A model generated the notes under the pieces. It was not told the DNA's origin, did no database searches, and worked only from the letters and a program-made list of their open reading frames with translations. A stretch of DNA of 64,000 nt from Chloropicon primus. Lineage: Eukaryota. Below are positions 30,933-41,322 of the stretch, one piece after another. Positions within the stretch are counted from its first letter, which is position 1. Each line of letters opens with the position of its first letter. A program made the position numbers and the translations under genes. The DNA lies in assembly GCA_023205875.1 (NCBI GenBank), contig CP060756.1:372001-436000 (forward strand), written 5' to 3'.

Positions 30933-32540
30933 ATGGGCGCGACGACGAGCCTTTGCGGGCTGTTGGGGTCTCGGAGGGAGCCCCTCGGTGGGGACGCCGT
31001 CGCGCCGGAGAGGGAGATATGTTGTGACTACCTCGTGGTCGGTGCGGGAGCGAGCTCGCTTGCTTTCGTGGACACCCTGGTGGAGGAGATGCCATCGGTT
31101 CGTGTGTGCATCGTGGAAAAGCGAGAGGCACCGGGTGGCCACTGGAACGATGCGTACGACTTCGTGAGGCTGCACCAGCCGTCTCTGTTCTACGGCCTCC
31201 CCTCGAGGCAACTGGAGGGGAACTGGCTCCTGTCCTTTCTCAAGTTTCAGAAGCCTTGGTTCCACAGGGCGACCAAGCAAGAGATCTTGAGGCACTACAG
31301 GGCGGGCGTCCGAAGCTGGTCGAGGGCCGGCCGGGCTCAGTTCTACGGGAACTGCGAGTACGACTTCGCCCGTACGCCGAAGAGTGCGGACGGCACCCAC
31401 TACTTCACCAGCTTGGACACCGGCGAGGAGTACTCCGTGAAGGTGTCCAAGAAGCTCGTGAACGGGGTTGAGTACGAGCCCCTGATCCCGAGCAAGTGCC
31501 CCCTTCCCTTCCCCGTGGACAAGGAAGTGACCGTCCTCACGCCGAACGACTTGCCCGCGACGAGGAAGCGCCACCCGCACTACGTGGTTCTGGGCTGCGG
31601 CAAGACGGGGATGGACACCGTGATCTACTTGCAGCGCAAGCTGGGGGTGGACCCGAAGGACATCACCCTCCTGGTTCCGAATGACGTGTGGATCTACGAC
31701 AGGTACCCGCGCGTTCCCTCCCGGGGGCCCTGGGACTTCGTTCACAAGTACCTCGAGTGCGACGGGGACTTTCCTCGCACCTGCCTCGCGATGGAGGCCC
31801 AAGGGCTGTTCCTGCGGTTCGATGAGACGAGGATGCCCACCGTGCTGCGGCACCCGATCATCGACAAGAAGGAGCTGGCGCTCCTCAGGAGGGTCAACAT
31901 GGTCAGAAGGGGCAGGGTCTCCTCCATCAAGCTCGGGGTCGGCAAGAGGTCCATCCTCCTCAAATTCGGGTCGGACTACTTGCCGATGACTTTCCGGGAG
32001 AACACTGCCTTTGTGAACTGCTGCAGCCCGGGGCCCTTCAACGGGCATCGCGCTAGCCTGAACTCCGAGGACGTGGACATCTTTGATTCCAAGTCCCTCA
32101 TCACATTGTACATCATTTTCACCCCGCCGGCGTCCCTCCCTTCCTCGGCCATCGCTTTTCTCGAGGCGGGGTTGCAGAAAGGGACCATAGACTTGGAATT
32201 CGGGAGGGACCTGCTGGAGGACTCCAGCTTGGAGCCCACGGAGGTCCTGCGGAGGCTCTTTCACCCCTGGCCCATCATGTCAAAGAACTTGAAGGGTGTG
32301 GTCAATCCAATTTTGAATATGGCCCTGTTCCTCGCACTCGCTCACAGGGACTGCCGAGAAGTTCTAAGGTGGCTCCGGAGTAGCCGCCTCAGCCTCTTCT
32401 CCATGCCGATGTACAAAAGCGGGCTTTGGGACGCCGTCAACATGATGCTGGAGAAGAAGGGGAACCTGGGTCTCACGGACAAGGAAGAGAGGATCCTGAG
32501 GAAGCTCGTTGCGAAGCTCGAACCACTCCGTGACGTTTGA
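30933..32540 (+). CDS. FAD/NAD(P)-binding oxidoreductase
   Basis: Two Rossmann motifs (YLVVGAGASSLAF; YVVLGCGKTGMD) and APGGHWNDAYDFVRLHQPS. Confidence 0.88.
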   Translation: MGATTSLCGLLGSRREPLGGDAVAPEREICCDYLVVGAGASSLAFVDTLVEEMPSVRVCIVEKREAPGGHWNDAYDFVRLHQPSLFYGLPSRQLEGNWLLSFLKFQKPWFHRATKQEILRHYRAGVRSWSRAGRAQFYGNCEYDFARTPKSADGTHYFTSLDTGEEYSVKVSKKLVNGVEYEPLIPSKCPLPFPVDKEVTVLTPNDLPATRKRHPHYVVLGCGKTGMDTVIYLQRKLGVDPKDITLLVPNDVWIYDRYPRVPSRGPWDFVHKYLECDGDFPRTCLAMEAQGLFLRFDETRMPTVLRHPIIDKKELALLRRVNMVRRGRVSSIKLGVGKRSILLKFGSDYLPMTFRENTAFVNCCSPGPFNGHRASLNSEDVDIFDSKSLITLYIIFTPPASLPSSAIAFLEAGLQKGTIDLEFGRDLLEDSSLEPTEVLRRLFHPWPIMSKNLKGVVNPILNMALFLALAHRDCREVLRWLRSSRLSLFSMPMYKSGLWDAVNMMLEKKGNLGLTDKEERILRKLVAKLEPLRDV

Positions 32541-32765
32541 CAATGGCAATGGCAAACGGGGGCCGAATACATTTAATAATCACAATTTTTGTGTTTTGGT
32601 TTGATTTGATGTCCCTGTATCGATCCAATCCGGTGGTCAAACAAGTCAACCGCGGTATCGATGGACAGATCTTGAGATGGCCCTTCTACCAGTCACCCTC
32701 TCCTCCTCGTTCTCCTCGTCCTCCTCCTCGCCTTCTCCAGTCCCCTCCCCTCCGCCATCTCATCT

Positions 32766-35576
32766 ATGTCTTTTTTTGATTTCCTCAAGGAGGCAAAGGC
32801 AGAGGCAGAGAGGAGGTGTGTCGGGATGGCGCCCGGCAGCAGCGGAACGGCGTCCCCTTCGGTGTCGACGCCGGGGAAGGAGAAGACGGGGACGACGACG
32901 CGGTCGAGGGAGCAGCTTCTCAAGTTGTTGGAAACGTCCGCGAAGCGTTTGAAGCAGTTTGACAAAAAGTATGGGGAGTCCAAGGCCAAGCTCCTGTCTC
33001 TGCAGGAGAAGCAGAGGAAGCTGGAGGAGGAGAACGAGAGGCTGAAGAGGTTGGCGGAGGAGGGAAGGGAGGCGTCCTCGGCTTCGGCCTCGCGCTGTGG
33101 CGAATTGGAGGAGAAGGACGAGGCCATAAGGTTGCTTTCGACGGAGCTGACGTCCTTGCAGCATGAGAGTGGCGTGACCAAGGGAAGGGTGGAGGAGCTT
33201 GAGGAGGAGAAGAAGGAGGTGGAGAGGAAGCTGGAGGAGAAGTTTGATGAGGTTGTTTCGGCCGAGAAGGAAGCGGAGGAGGAGAGGCGAAAGGTGGATG
33301 GCCTTCTGTGCAAGGTGCAGGAGCTGGAGAAGCAGCTGGAGGAGAGCGGGGCCGGGGGGAGAGGGAGCGAGGAGGACGAGGGGGACCGGAAGGCCCTCGA
33401 GGACCGGTGCAAGGCTCTCGAGAACCGGTGCAGCAAGCTGTCAGATTCCGAGCAGCAGGCCACGGACGAGCTGGAGAAGCGCCTGCAGAAGATGCAGGAG
33501 GAGGAGAAGCGCTTGAGCTACCTCGAGTCGCAGGTGAGATCGCTCCAAGAGGAGGTGGACGTGTCCGCGGACCGGGCTCAGGAGGCGGAGAGCCTGGTGT
33601 CCAAGCTGCAGACAAAGCTTGCAGAGGGAACGGAAGAGGGCGAGAAGCTGGCGAAGCGTTTGGAGGCCTCGGAGGCTCAGCTCGCGAGTGCCCTGATGGA
33701 AGCGGCAAGCTCAGAGCCAGCGCAGGCGGATCAAGAGGAGGGTGCGACACCGCCGCGGGAAGACGAGGAAGCCCTCGCCAGGCTGGCGGAGGAGGTCGAC
33801 AAGCTGAAGGCCGAGTCGAGCGAGCTTCGAGCGGAAAAGGAGCAGATGGCGGAGGAGCTCAAATCCAGCAAAGAGCTCTTGAAGGAGTCCAGCGCCACGA
33901 ACGAGAAGGCAAAATCCAATGTGGAGGACCTGAAGAAGAAGTTTTTGACGACCGCGAAGAAGAAGCAATTGGAATTCAAGTCGAAAATCGATTTGTTGCA
34001 GCAGAAGCTCAAGGAGCAGGAAGAGGCATCCAAGGTGCAGCTCGAGGAGTTTATGAGCGGCAAAGAAAACAATGCCGGGGCGCTGGAAGTGCTTCAAAAG
34101 CAGAATGTTGAGTTTTCTGAGAAAGTGCAGCAGCTGGAAGACCTCGTGGAGAAGCAAAAGAAGGAGATCGCTTCCTTCGAGCTTTCCAAGGAATCAGAAG
34201 AGAAGGAGGGGCAAAAGCAAGAAAGCCAAACGAAGAAACTGAAAGCTGTGATTCTGGAGCTGAAGCGGAAGCTAGAAAAGAGTGAGAAAGTCAGGCAGAA
34301 GGAAGCAAAGGAGATCTCAAAGACTCAGGCCTCGCTCCAAGACGAAAAGCTCAAGTACCAGCAGGTCGAAGAGACCTCGAGGCACGAAATGGAACGCCTT
34401 GAGAAGGAGCTCAAGACCTACAAAGCCCGGGCCCACATGCTGCTGCAGCAAAAGGAGGATCAGCTGAAGAACACGGTATCGACAGAGATGGCTGACAAGT
34501 ACAAGGACAAGATCTCCTCTTTGGAAACGGAGGTCGGGGAGCTCATTGGTAGCCGCAAGGAGATGGAGCACGCCTACGCAGAGCTGCAGGAGCGGCACGG
34601 CAAGGAGATGGCGGAAATTGTAGAAAACCACAAGACTGAAATCGCTGCAAAGGAGGACGAGCTTTTGGACAAGGAGCAGGACGGAAAGCAGGCAGCCATG
34701 GAATCCCAGCAAGCGCTGGAAGAAGCGAAGGAAGGCCTCAAGGAGAAGGAGAAGGAGAACAGCGACCTTCAGCTTAAGTGCACAGCTCTGCAAGAGGAGG
34801 CCAAGACCAGCAGAAGCGCCCTGCGGGATCTGAAGGAATTGCACGATGCGCTAGAAAGGGAGTACAAGATGTACAAGGAAACGTCAGAGGAGATGATACA
34901 GGAGAAGGAAAGGGAGCTCGCCGAGCTTTCCGCTTCTCTGAAGGACAGGAAGACCCTTGCCACGTACAAGGAAACTTCCAGACTTCCTGTGGCAGCCGAG
35001 GCACCGCATCATGCAACTTCGTCCACATCACCTGCATCGACCTCCCCAAACCACAAGACGAGCTCCCAGCAAGAGTCCGTGGGCTTCTCTCTGGAGAACG
35101 ACCTGCTTAGCGATATCACGGACACCAACATCATCGAGGCCGCAAAGCTGCAGGCCTCAAGAGACGCCTTCCTAGATGAGTACATCCAAAGGATAGCCGA
35201 GCTCGAGGGGGAGGCCGTGGAGTACCAGAAGGAGATCTCTATGAGAGACCAGCTGGAAAGCGTTCTGAAGGAGGAGCTCCGCAAGAAGGAGCGGGAGGAG
35301 AGCAGGAGCAACCTCAAGGAGAGTCAAACCGACATGGAGTACTTGAAGAACATCGTACTTAAACTGCTCGAAACAGGGGAGTACGAGGTGCTGCTTCCAG
35401 TGGTTTCCACCTTACTGGCCTTGAGTCCTGAGGAGGTTGACAGGGTCAAGAAAGCCTACGAGGACGGAGTTCACAGGCCCGGGAACGATCCCATTGATTA
35501 TGCCACGAAGGCAGCCAGTGATGTGACCTCCTACTTGAGTGGCTGGGTGTTCAGTAGCAGCAGTGCCAACAAATAA
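32766..35576 (+). CDS. GRIP-domain golgin
   Basis: Very long coiled coil ending in the GRIP motif DMEYLKNIVLKLLETGEYEVLLPVVSTLLALSPEE. Confidence 0.92.
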   Translation: MSFFDFLKEAKAEAERRCVGMAPGSSGTASPSVSTPGKEKTGTTTRSREQLLKLLETSAKRLKQFDKKYGESKAKLLSLQEKQRKLEEENERLKRLAEEGREASSASASRCGELEEKDEAIRLLSTELTSLQHESGVTKGRVEELEEEKKEVERKLEEKFDEVVSAEKEAEEERRKVDGLLCKVQELEKQLEESGAGGRGSEEDEGDRKALEDRCKALENRCSKLSDSEQQATDELEKRLQKMQEEEKRLSYLESQVRSLQEEVDVSADRAQEAESLVSKLQTKLAEGTEEGEKLAKRLEASEAQLASALMEAASSEPAQADQEEGATPPREDEEALARLAEEVDKLKAESSELRAEKEQMAEELKSSKELLKESSATNEKAKSNVEDLKKKFLTTAKKKQLEFKSKIDLLQQKLKEQEEASKVQLEEFMSGKENNAGALEVLQKQNVEFSEKVQQLEDLVEKQKKEIASFELSKESEEKEGQKQESQTKKLKAVILELKRKLEKSEKVRQKEAKEISKTQASLQDEKLKYQQVEETSRHEMERLEKELKTYKARAHMLLQQKEDQLKNTVSTEMADKYKDKISSLETEVGELIGSRKEMEHAYAELQERHGKEMAEIVENHKTEIAAKEDELLDKEQDGKQAAMESQQALEEAKEGLKEKEKENSDLQLKCTALQEEAKTSRSALRDLKELHDALEREYKMYKETSEEMIQEKERELAELSASLKDRKTLATYKETSRLPVAAEAPHHATSSTSPASTSPNHKTSSQQESVGFSLENDLLSDITDTNIIEAAKLQASRDAFLDEYIQRIAELEGEAVEYQKEISMRDQLESVLKEELRKKEREESRSNLKESQTDMEYLKNIVLKLLETGEYEVLLPVVSTLLALSPEEVDRVKKAYEDGVHRPGNDPIDYATKAASDVTSYLSGWVFSSSSANK

Positions 35577-35631
35577 GTTGTAACTTTATATGAAAACAGA
35601 AAAAATATTTATAACTTTATATCCCCTTTCC

Positions 35632-37044
35632 TCAATGGTCCTTCCTTTTCGTCTCTTCCCTATGGACTGCCAAGTGGAAGCAGTACTTCAGAAACGCAAG
35701 AATGGACAAGACTGCGCGAAGAGCCAAAAAAATGGCGACCGCAAATCCAGAGAACAGAATGATGCAGAACCTGCACCGGTTCGGCCACAGCAGTTCCCCT
35801 TCATGGGTGCACGCCCCAGGTCGCTTCCCTTCCTGCATCGAGTTCCCATCACTTGGGAGCCTCAAGTCTTCCACGGAGACGTTCTTTTGCAGAACTGGGT
35901 TGCCGTCGTGATCCCTCACCGACAGAGTGACAACTGGGGTCGCTCCCTCCCAGTCAAAATCGACCGTCCCAAAGTTTCTCTCCAGGTACATGCCCAAGCC
36001 AAACGGATTCGGGGAGAACCTCTTCATGATCTCGAGCGGGATTTTGGGGAACGAACCTGATGCGGCGTGCGTCATCCCACTGGATGTCAACTCGAAGAGG
36101 TTGTAAGGCAGCGTGCAGCCCGGGGGTGACATTAAGATCTCCCCAAAGTGCACGTCCCCGCTCAACAGAATGACTCCCTCAACGCCGTTCCTCGCTACGA
36201 TCTCCCCGAGCCTCTTCTTCTCCCTCTGGAAGTGGGACCAGGACTCCACCCGGAAAGGGGATTGCTTGGGGTAGCAAAGAGGGCAGAGCGTCTCGTGGTG
36301 GTTGGGGATGAACTGTATCGACGAGGCGATGATGTTCACCTGAGCATCGCTGGCCGCGAGCTCCGCCTCAAGCCACTTCCATTGCTCCTCCCCGAGCACG
36401 TCGCCGTTGCTGAACAGCGGGTCCCGGTGGTACCTCGTATCAAGGATCACGAGTTTGACCCTCCTCCCCGGTGGACCGAACACGTGGGCGTTGTACACGC
36501 CCTCCTGCCGCCTCAGGTGGCTGTCCTGGGGCACGTCGAGGAAGTCCAAAAACAGCTGCTGGCTCTCCTTCTTGTAGGGGAACTCCTTTCCCGCGTCGTC
36601 TAACCCGTAGTCGTGATCGTCCCACGTCCCCACGATCTTGCCCACCGTGTCCCTGAGCTCCCTGTACGCCGGAACGCTCCTCTGCGTCTCGTACATGCCT
36701 CTCATCTGCTCGATGGTCGATTTCGCGAATTCCTTTGGATAGAACTTCATCTTCTTGTCCGCGTAAATGTTGTCGCCCAGCCAGAGCCACACGTCCGGCC
36801 GACTCCCCAGCACGCCCTGCCATATCGACTGCCTGTCCCCCTTCCTCTGGTCGTTGCAGCTCCCGAAGCTAAGCCTCCCCAGGGGCTCCTCTGGCGAATA
36901 CCGCCTCCCGGCTCCCCCCTCCGGCAGATACGCCGCACCTGCCCCTGCTATCGCCGCCCACGACAAGCATGCCAGAACGATTCCCAGCCTCATCCACCCG
37001 GTGCTCTCCCCCTGCCTGGCGCGAGGAGCACAGGACAAACACAT
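35632..37044 (-). CDS. phoD: PhoD-family alkaline phosphatase/phosphodiesterase
   Basis: FGSCN, WLGDNIYAD, GTWDDHDYG, LDTRYHRD, LGEEQWKWL and LSGDVH, with a signal peptide and C-terminal TM. The start may be the second Met (MRLGIVL). Confidence 0.92.
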   Translation of the reverse strand: MCLSCAPRARQGESTGWMRLGIVLACLSWAAIAGAGAAYLPEGGAGRRYSPEEPLGRLSFGSCNDQRKGDRQSIWQGVLGSRPDVWLWLGDNIYADKKMKFYPKEFAKSTIEQMRGMYETQRSVPAYRELRDTVGKIVGTWDDHDYGLDDAGKEFPYKKESQQLFLDFLDVPQDSHLRRQEGVYNAHVFGPPGRRVKLVILDTRYHRDPLFSNGDVLGEEQWKWLEAELAASDAQVNIIASSIQFIPNHHETLCPLCYPKQSPFRVESWSHFQREKKRLGEIVARNGVEGVILLSGDVHFGEILMSPPGCTLPYNLFELTSSGMTHAASGSFPKIPLEIMKRFSPNPFGLGMYLERNFGTVDFDWEGATPVVTLSVRDHDGNPVLQKNVSVEDLRLPSDGNSMQEGKRPGACTHEGELLWPNRCRFCIILFSGFAVAIFLALRAVLSILAFLKYCFHLAVHREETKRKDH

Positions 37045-37324
37045 GGTTGTTTAGTGTCTCATAACCTCACCACGGCGTCTCTCGCATCAAGCGAGGGCTC
37101 TTTCGAAAGATCAAGAGGTAAAGAATCAATCTCTATCCCTTTACCTCATCCAAACCCTCTCCCCCTCTCCCCCTCGCAAGCCTTACCTTTGTCGGTCGTC
37201 CTTCTTTCTCTAACTCTCTCTCTCTTCTCTTCTTCTCTTTGTGGGGGTCGTGCAGGTGGTGTACATATGGTACACTCGTCAGAACTGTAGGGTTTGGGGC
37301 GGCGAGAGAGAGAGAGAGAGAGCG

Positions 37325-38857
37325 ATGGCGACGGCAGTGGGAAGCACGACGAGGAGGATGGCGACGAGGGTGGGTGTTTTGGGCCTGAGGGCATTGAGTT
37401 CAAGCGCTTTGGCGGCTCAAGAGTCAAGCGGTGCGAACAAGTCTTTCCTTTCGAGTGTTTTGGGACAGACGCAGAGGTTTACGGCGCCTTTGACGCAGAG
37501 TTTGCCGGGTGTGACGCAAGTGAATGCGGTGCCTGCGCCGACGGAAGCGCCGAAGACGGAGGTGACGACGTTGGGAAATGGCGTGAAGGTGGCGACGGAG
37601 GCGACGCACTCGACGACGGCGAGCATTGGGCTTTACGTGGAGTGCGGGAGCGTGAACGAGAGGAGCGGACTGACGCACATGTTGGACAAGCTTGCGTTTA
37701 GCTCGACTGCGAACAGGAGCTCCTTCCGCATCACGAGAGAGGTGGAGGGTCTCGGGGCTACAATTGGAAGCGGGGCGGGACGCGAGCAGATGATTTACGC
37801 GATTGACGGAGTTCGCACGACGATTCCAGAGATGACGGAGGTGCTCGTGGACTCGGTGGTGAACCCCGTGTTCAACACCTGGGAGGTGGAGGAGAAGAGA
37901 AGGGCGGTGCTCAAGGACGCGGCGGAGCTGAGGGACAACTCTCAGGCGATGCTCGAGGAGGCCGTCCACATCGCTGGATTCTCCGGCGGCTTGAGCAACC
38001 CTTTGGTGGCCCCGCCCCAGGCTTTGGGAAACATTGACGGAGAGGAGCTCGCGGAGCTTCTCAGGGCGTACGTGCAGTACAACTACACTGGGTCCAACAT
38101 GGTGCTCGCCGTCTCAGGCGCTGAGCACGGCGAGGTCTTGCCCCTCGCGGAGAAGTTGCTGGAGTCTGTGCCACCAACTACACCAGAGGTCGCTCAGCTC
38201 CTGGGCGACCCCTCCAAGTACTCTGGGGGCCAGGTCCTGCTCCCACCTGTGGACGACATGAACCACATGGTGCTGGCTTTCGAATTCGAGGGGGGCTACA
38301 AGAACCTCCAGGGTTCTACCATGATGCAGGTCTTGCTTTCCATGCTCGGAGGTGGGGGCTCCTTCTCCGCTGGTGGGCCAGGCAAGGGCATGCACTCGAG
38401 GCTGTACGCCAACATCCTGAACAACTACAACTGGGTTGCCAACTGCTCCTACTTCAGCTCGGTCTACAACGAGACTGGATTGGTTGGTGTGAGCGCCTCC
38501 TTCTTCGACGGCGGAGACTCCAACCAGCTTGTGGACACCCTCTGCGGCGAGCTGGAGTCCATTGCCAACGGAAAGTTCACCGACGAGGAGCTGGACAGGG
38601 CCAAGAACGCGACCATCTCCCAGGTTCTTTACAACCTCGAGTCCAAGGGAATCATTTGCGAGGACATTGGAAGGCAGGTTCTCTTGTACGGAAAGAGGTT
38701 CCCTGTTTCGGAATACATTGCCGACTTGCAGAAGGTGTCGAAGAAGGACCTTGGAGACTTTGTCAAGAAGATGCTCAAGTCCAAGCCAACCTTTGCGGCC
38801 ATTGGAAACTTCTCCGACAGGCTCTACACGGACGTCATCGGAAAGAGATTTAATTAG
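37325..38857 (+). CDS. MPPA: Mitochondrial processing peptidase alpha subunit
   Basis: Mitochondrial presequence, M16 fold, glycine-rich loop GGGGSFSAGGPGKGMHSRLY and EDIGRQVL. Confidence 0.96.
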   Translation: MATAVGSTTRRMATRVGVLGLRALSSSALAAQESSGANKSFLSSVLGQTQRFTAPLTQSLPGVTQVNAVPAPTEAPKTEVTTLGNGVKVATEATHSTTASIGLYVECGSVNERSGLTHMLDKLAFSSTANRSSFRITREVEGLGATIGSGAGREQMIYAIDGVRTTIPEMTEVLVDSVVNPVFNTWEVEEKRRAVLKDAAELRDNSQAMLEEAVHIAGFSGGLSNPLVAPPQALGNIDGEELAELLRAYVQYNYTGSNMVLAVSGAEHGEVLPLAEKLLESVPPTTPEVAQLLGDPSKYSGGQVLLPPVDDMNHMVLAFEFEGGYKNLQGSTMMQVLLSMLGGGGSFSAGGPGKGMHSRLYANILNNYNWVANCSYFSSVYNETGLVGVSASFFDGGDSNQLVDTLCGELESIANGKFTDEELDRAKNATISQVLYNLESKGIICEDIGRQVLLYGKRFPVSEYIADLQKVSKKDLGDFVKKMLKSKPTFAAIGNFSDRLYTDVIGKRFN

Positions 38858-38928
38858 AATGCTTCACCTCAAATAAAATAGAAGTGTGTTAATCCTTAAA
38901 GATTTATTTTCACCACCACCAGCATCTC

Positions 38929-40620
38929 TCATGGAGAGGTGTTGTAGCGGCGTAGGGTCGGTTCGACAAGCGTGTACTGGAACGGCGACAATTGCGGCCT
39001 AACCACCCTCTCAGCATTCTCTGGGTCCACTATGAATGGGCCCAGTGCCCGGACGACATCGCCCCTGGTGCTCTCCTCCGATGCTGCCGCGGCCGCTGCG
39101 GCGTGCTCGCAAGTGATTGCCTTGGTCTGATCAAAATGAATGGGGAGGGGGGGGGGGCGTTAGCTGGATTCGTGAGGAAAGCGGCAAGAGCTTACCTTTA
39201 TCTCCATGAGCTCTCTCGCTACGAGTGGTTGGTTCAGCTTCAACTTCACCGCTTTCAATATGGACGCGAGCTGCTGAGGTGAAATATTGTTTCCTCCTCC
39301 GCGCGCCACGAAGTCCTTCACATCTGTAACGGCATCAAACGAAAGGGCGAGCGCTTGCACCAGCGCCTCCGTCTGAAGATCAGGCGAAGGCCCGGTTGCG
39401 CCCTGCTGCGCCAGTGGCACGGCGGATGCCTTCGGGGGCGCAGTGAATGGCACTTCGACAGGATTCCAGCCCGGGGGAATGGGCGGCGCACTCGGCACCA
39501 GGGGCGCCGCTGAACCCTCGTAACTTACCGCTTGGCCAGGCAGCCTGAAGCAGATGAAATCGGCCCTCAAAGTTGGATTGCTGGTGAACGATCCTGTCAC
39601 GACTTCGAGCTCGATGCTGTGCCTGACGGACAACAATCGACCCTGATAAGACTCGCAAGAACTTTCGGGCAGTTGCACTGTCAGCATGTGCTGATTGTTG
39701 CTCGCAGAGGGGATCAATTTTGTCGTCGACTCTTTTGCCTCTTTGGAGCTGTTTCTCTTCATGAGCCCCGGGATGTCACGGGCAGGTATTCTGTTCTCCG
39801 CCAGAACGTGCTCGCGGCTTTGCCTCTGGCTTTCCGCTGTCCAGGACAGGCTCTCCTTTGCCCTGAGGACAATGCTCTCGGCGTCCACCTCACTGTTGTT
39901 AACAATCTCGAAGCCGACGTTGATGGCGCTCCCAGATGCTTGGAAACCGGATGGCAAGTGCGCTGCGATCGTAACCAAGCCTTGTCCAAAGCAGCAGCAA
40001 ACGTTCACGACCTCGGACTTTGGCGGTATGTCGACCGGAAAGTGCCGGGAAGGGTGCGGAGGCGGGTTGTACAAGTTGAAGGGTATGGCGTGCAAGAAGT
40101 TGTTGCTGCCTGAGAACCAGCCTCCGCCAGCGCCAGGCCCCGCGAATTCCTCCAGAAGGATTTCGACCTTGTACTGGACCCTGCACCAGCTCCTTCCCGA
40201 GGAGAAGGGGTCAATCATACTGGTGGGCAACCTCGGCGGCAGGGCGAATGCGAAGGGCAGCCTCAGGTCTCTCCTCCCACTTCTCTTGTTGAGGACGGCG
40301 CACAAGAGGAGGCTGTCGGTGTAAAACACGTTGCGCTGCCGCGCGTACTCTGTGATCCTCCTCGTCCTCCTCGTCGATGGCCCGTCGCCGTCGTCGTAAA
40401 AGTCGTCATCCCTTTGGTACTCCACGGAGGTCTCCTCCTCCCCGGTCACCTTGACGACGACTCTGTACTGCGTCTGGTGGTCCATCTTCCTGGGGTTCCA
40501 ACGCACGTACGCTTGCCCCCTGAGCTCTTCCCCTGCAACAGCGTGTCCCCCCCTCACGTTCACCTCCAAGTCGCCGAAGACCCCGACATCCTCCCCGTAC
40601 TTGGACCCACCGTTGCCCAT
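38929..40620 (-). CDS. Arrestin-fold protein with helical C-terminal extension, 2 exons (40620-39196, 39126-38929)
   Basis: AGEELRGQ, VKVTGEEET, LPFAFALPPRLPTS, CRVQYKV and SYQGRLLSVRHSIEL match the arrestin N and C domains. The 69-nt GTAAGC...CAG intron adds 65 in-frame codons. Confidence 0.82.
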
Positions 40621-40790
40621 AATGGAACGGCGACGATGTTACAGCTCTCGATGGCTCCCCCTCCCCTCTCCACCCTTATCCCGGCGCACGGAACGGACTC
40701 GCTCTCGTAACGTAACGCTCGCTCCTCCCTCGCTCTCTGCCATTCCTTGCTTCCGCTCCCAGGTTGAGGATGAGAGAGGATGAGAGACAA

Positions 40791-41027
40791 GGCACCTTTG
40801 TAGCGCAGCAAGTGCGGGCAGGGGGGAATCGGGGTGGCAAAAAGGATTGATGTCCTCCTCCTCGTCGTCACCTCTCTTGCGAAGCCACATGAAAGGCAAA
40901 GTGGAAAGGCAAAGGGAAGGAAAGAAGCATCCTGGAGAGACAAGGGAGGGCACCTTTGTAGCGCAGCACGTGCGGTCAGGGGGGAATCGGGGTGGCAAAA
41001 AGGATTGATACCCTCCTCCTCGTCGTC
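40791..41027. repeat. 79-bp direct repeat (40791-40869 and 40949-41027)
   Basis: Manual alignment shows 4 mismatches in 79 nt. Confidence 0.95.
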
Positions 41028-41322
41028 GTCCTCGTCGTCCTCGTCGTCCTCGTCCTGTTCTCCAACTTCCGGAGTATACCCCAAGATTCTCGAGTATCTC
41101 GAGTGGTGGCCAATTCAAAAAAATACGAAATCGTCATCTCCATTCGCTCCCTGGGGAGGGAAGCCAAGACGCGAGCCTTTGGTGCCAAGACAGAGCGGAC
41201 ACGACGCAAGGCTAGGCAGCGGAGGACACCAATCCCTTTTTCTGGCATATCTTTTGCTTCTTTTGCTTTCCCTTCTTCTTCTTCTTCTTCTTCTTCTGCT
41301 TCTGCTTCTTCAGTTGGTCGTG

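Noticed and set aside
38935..39010. tRNA-like look (GTAGCG...GGTTCGA)
   Set aside because: No cloverleaf pairing, and the segment is the in-frame second exon of the arrestin gene on the minus strand.
40791..41027. Direct repeat as a CRISPR-like array or LTR pair
   Set aside because: Only two 79-bp copies in a eukaryotic context, with no cas genes, no TG...CA termini and no internal coding region.
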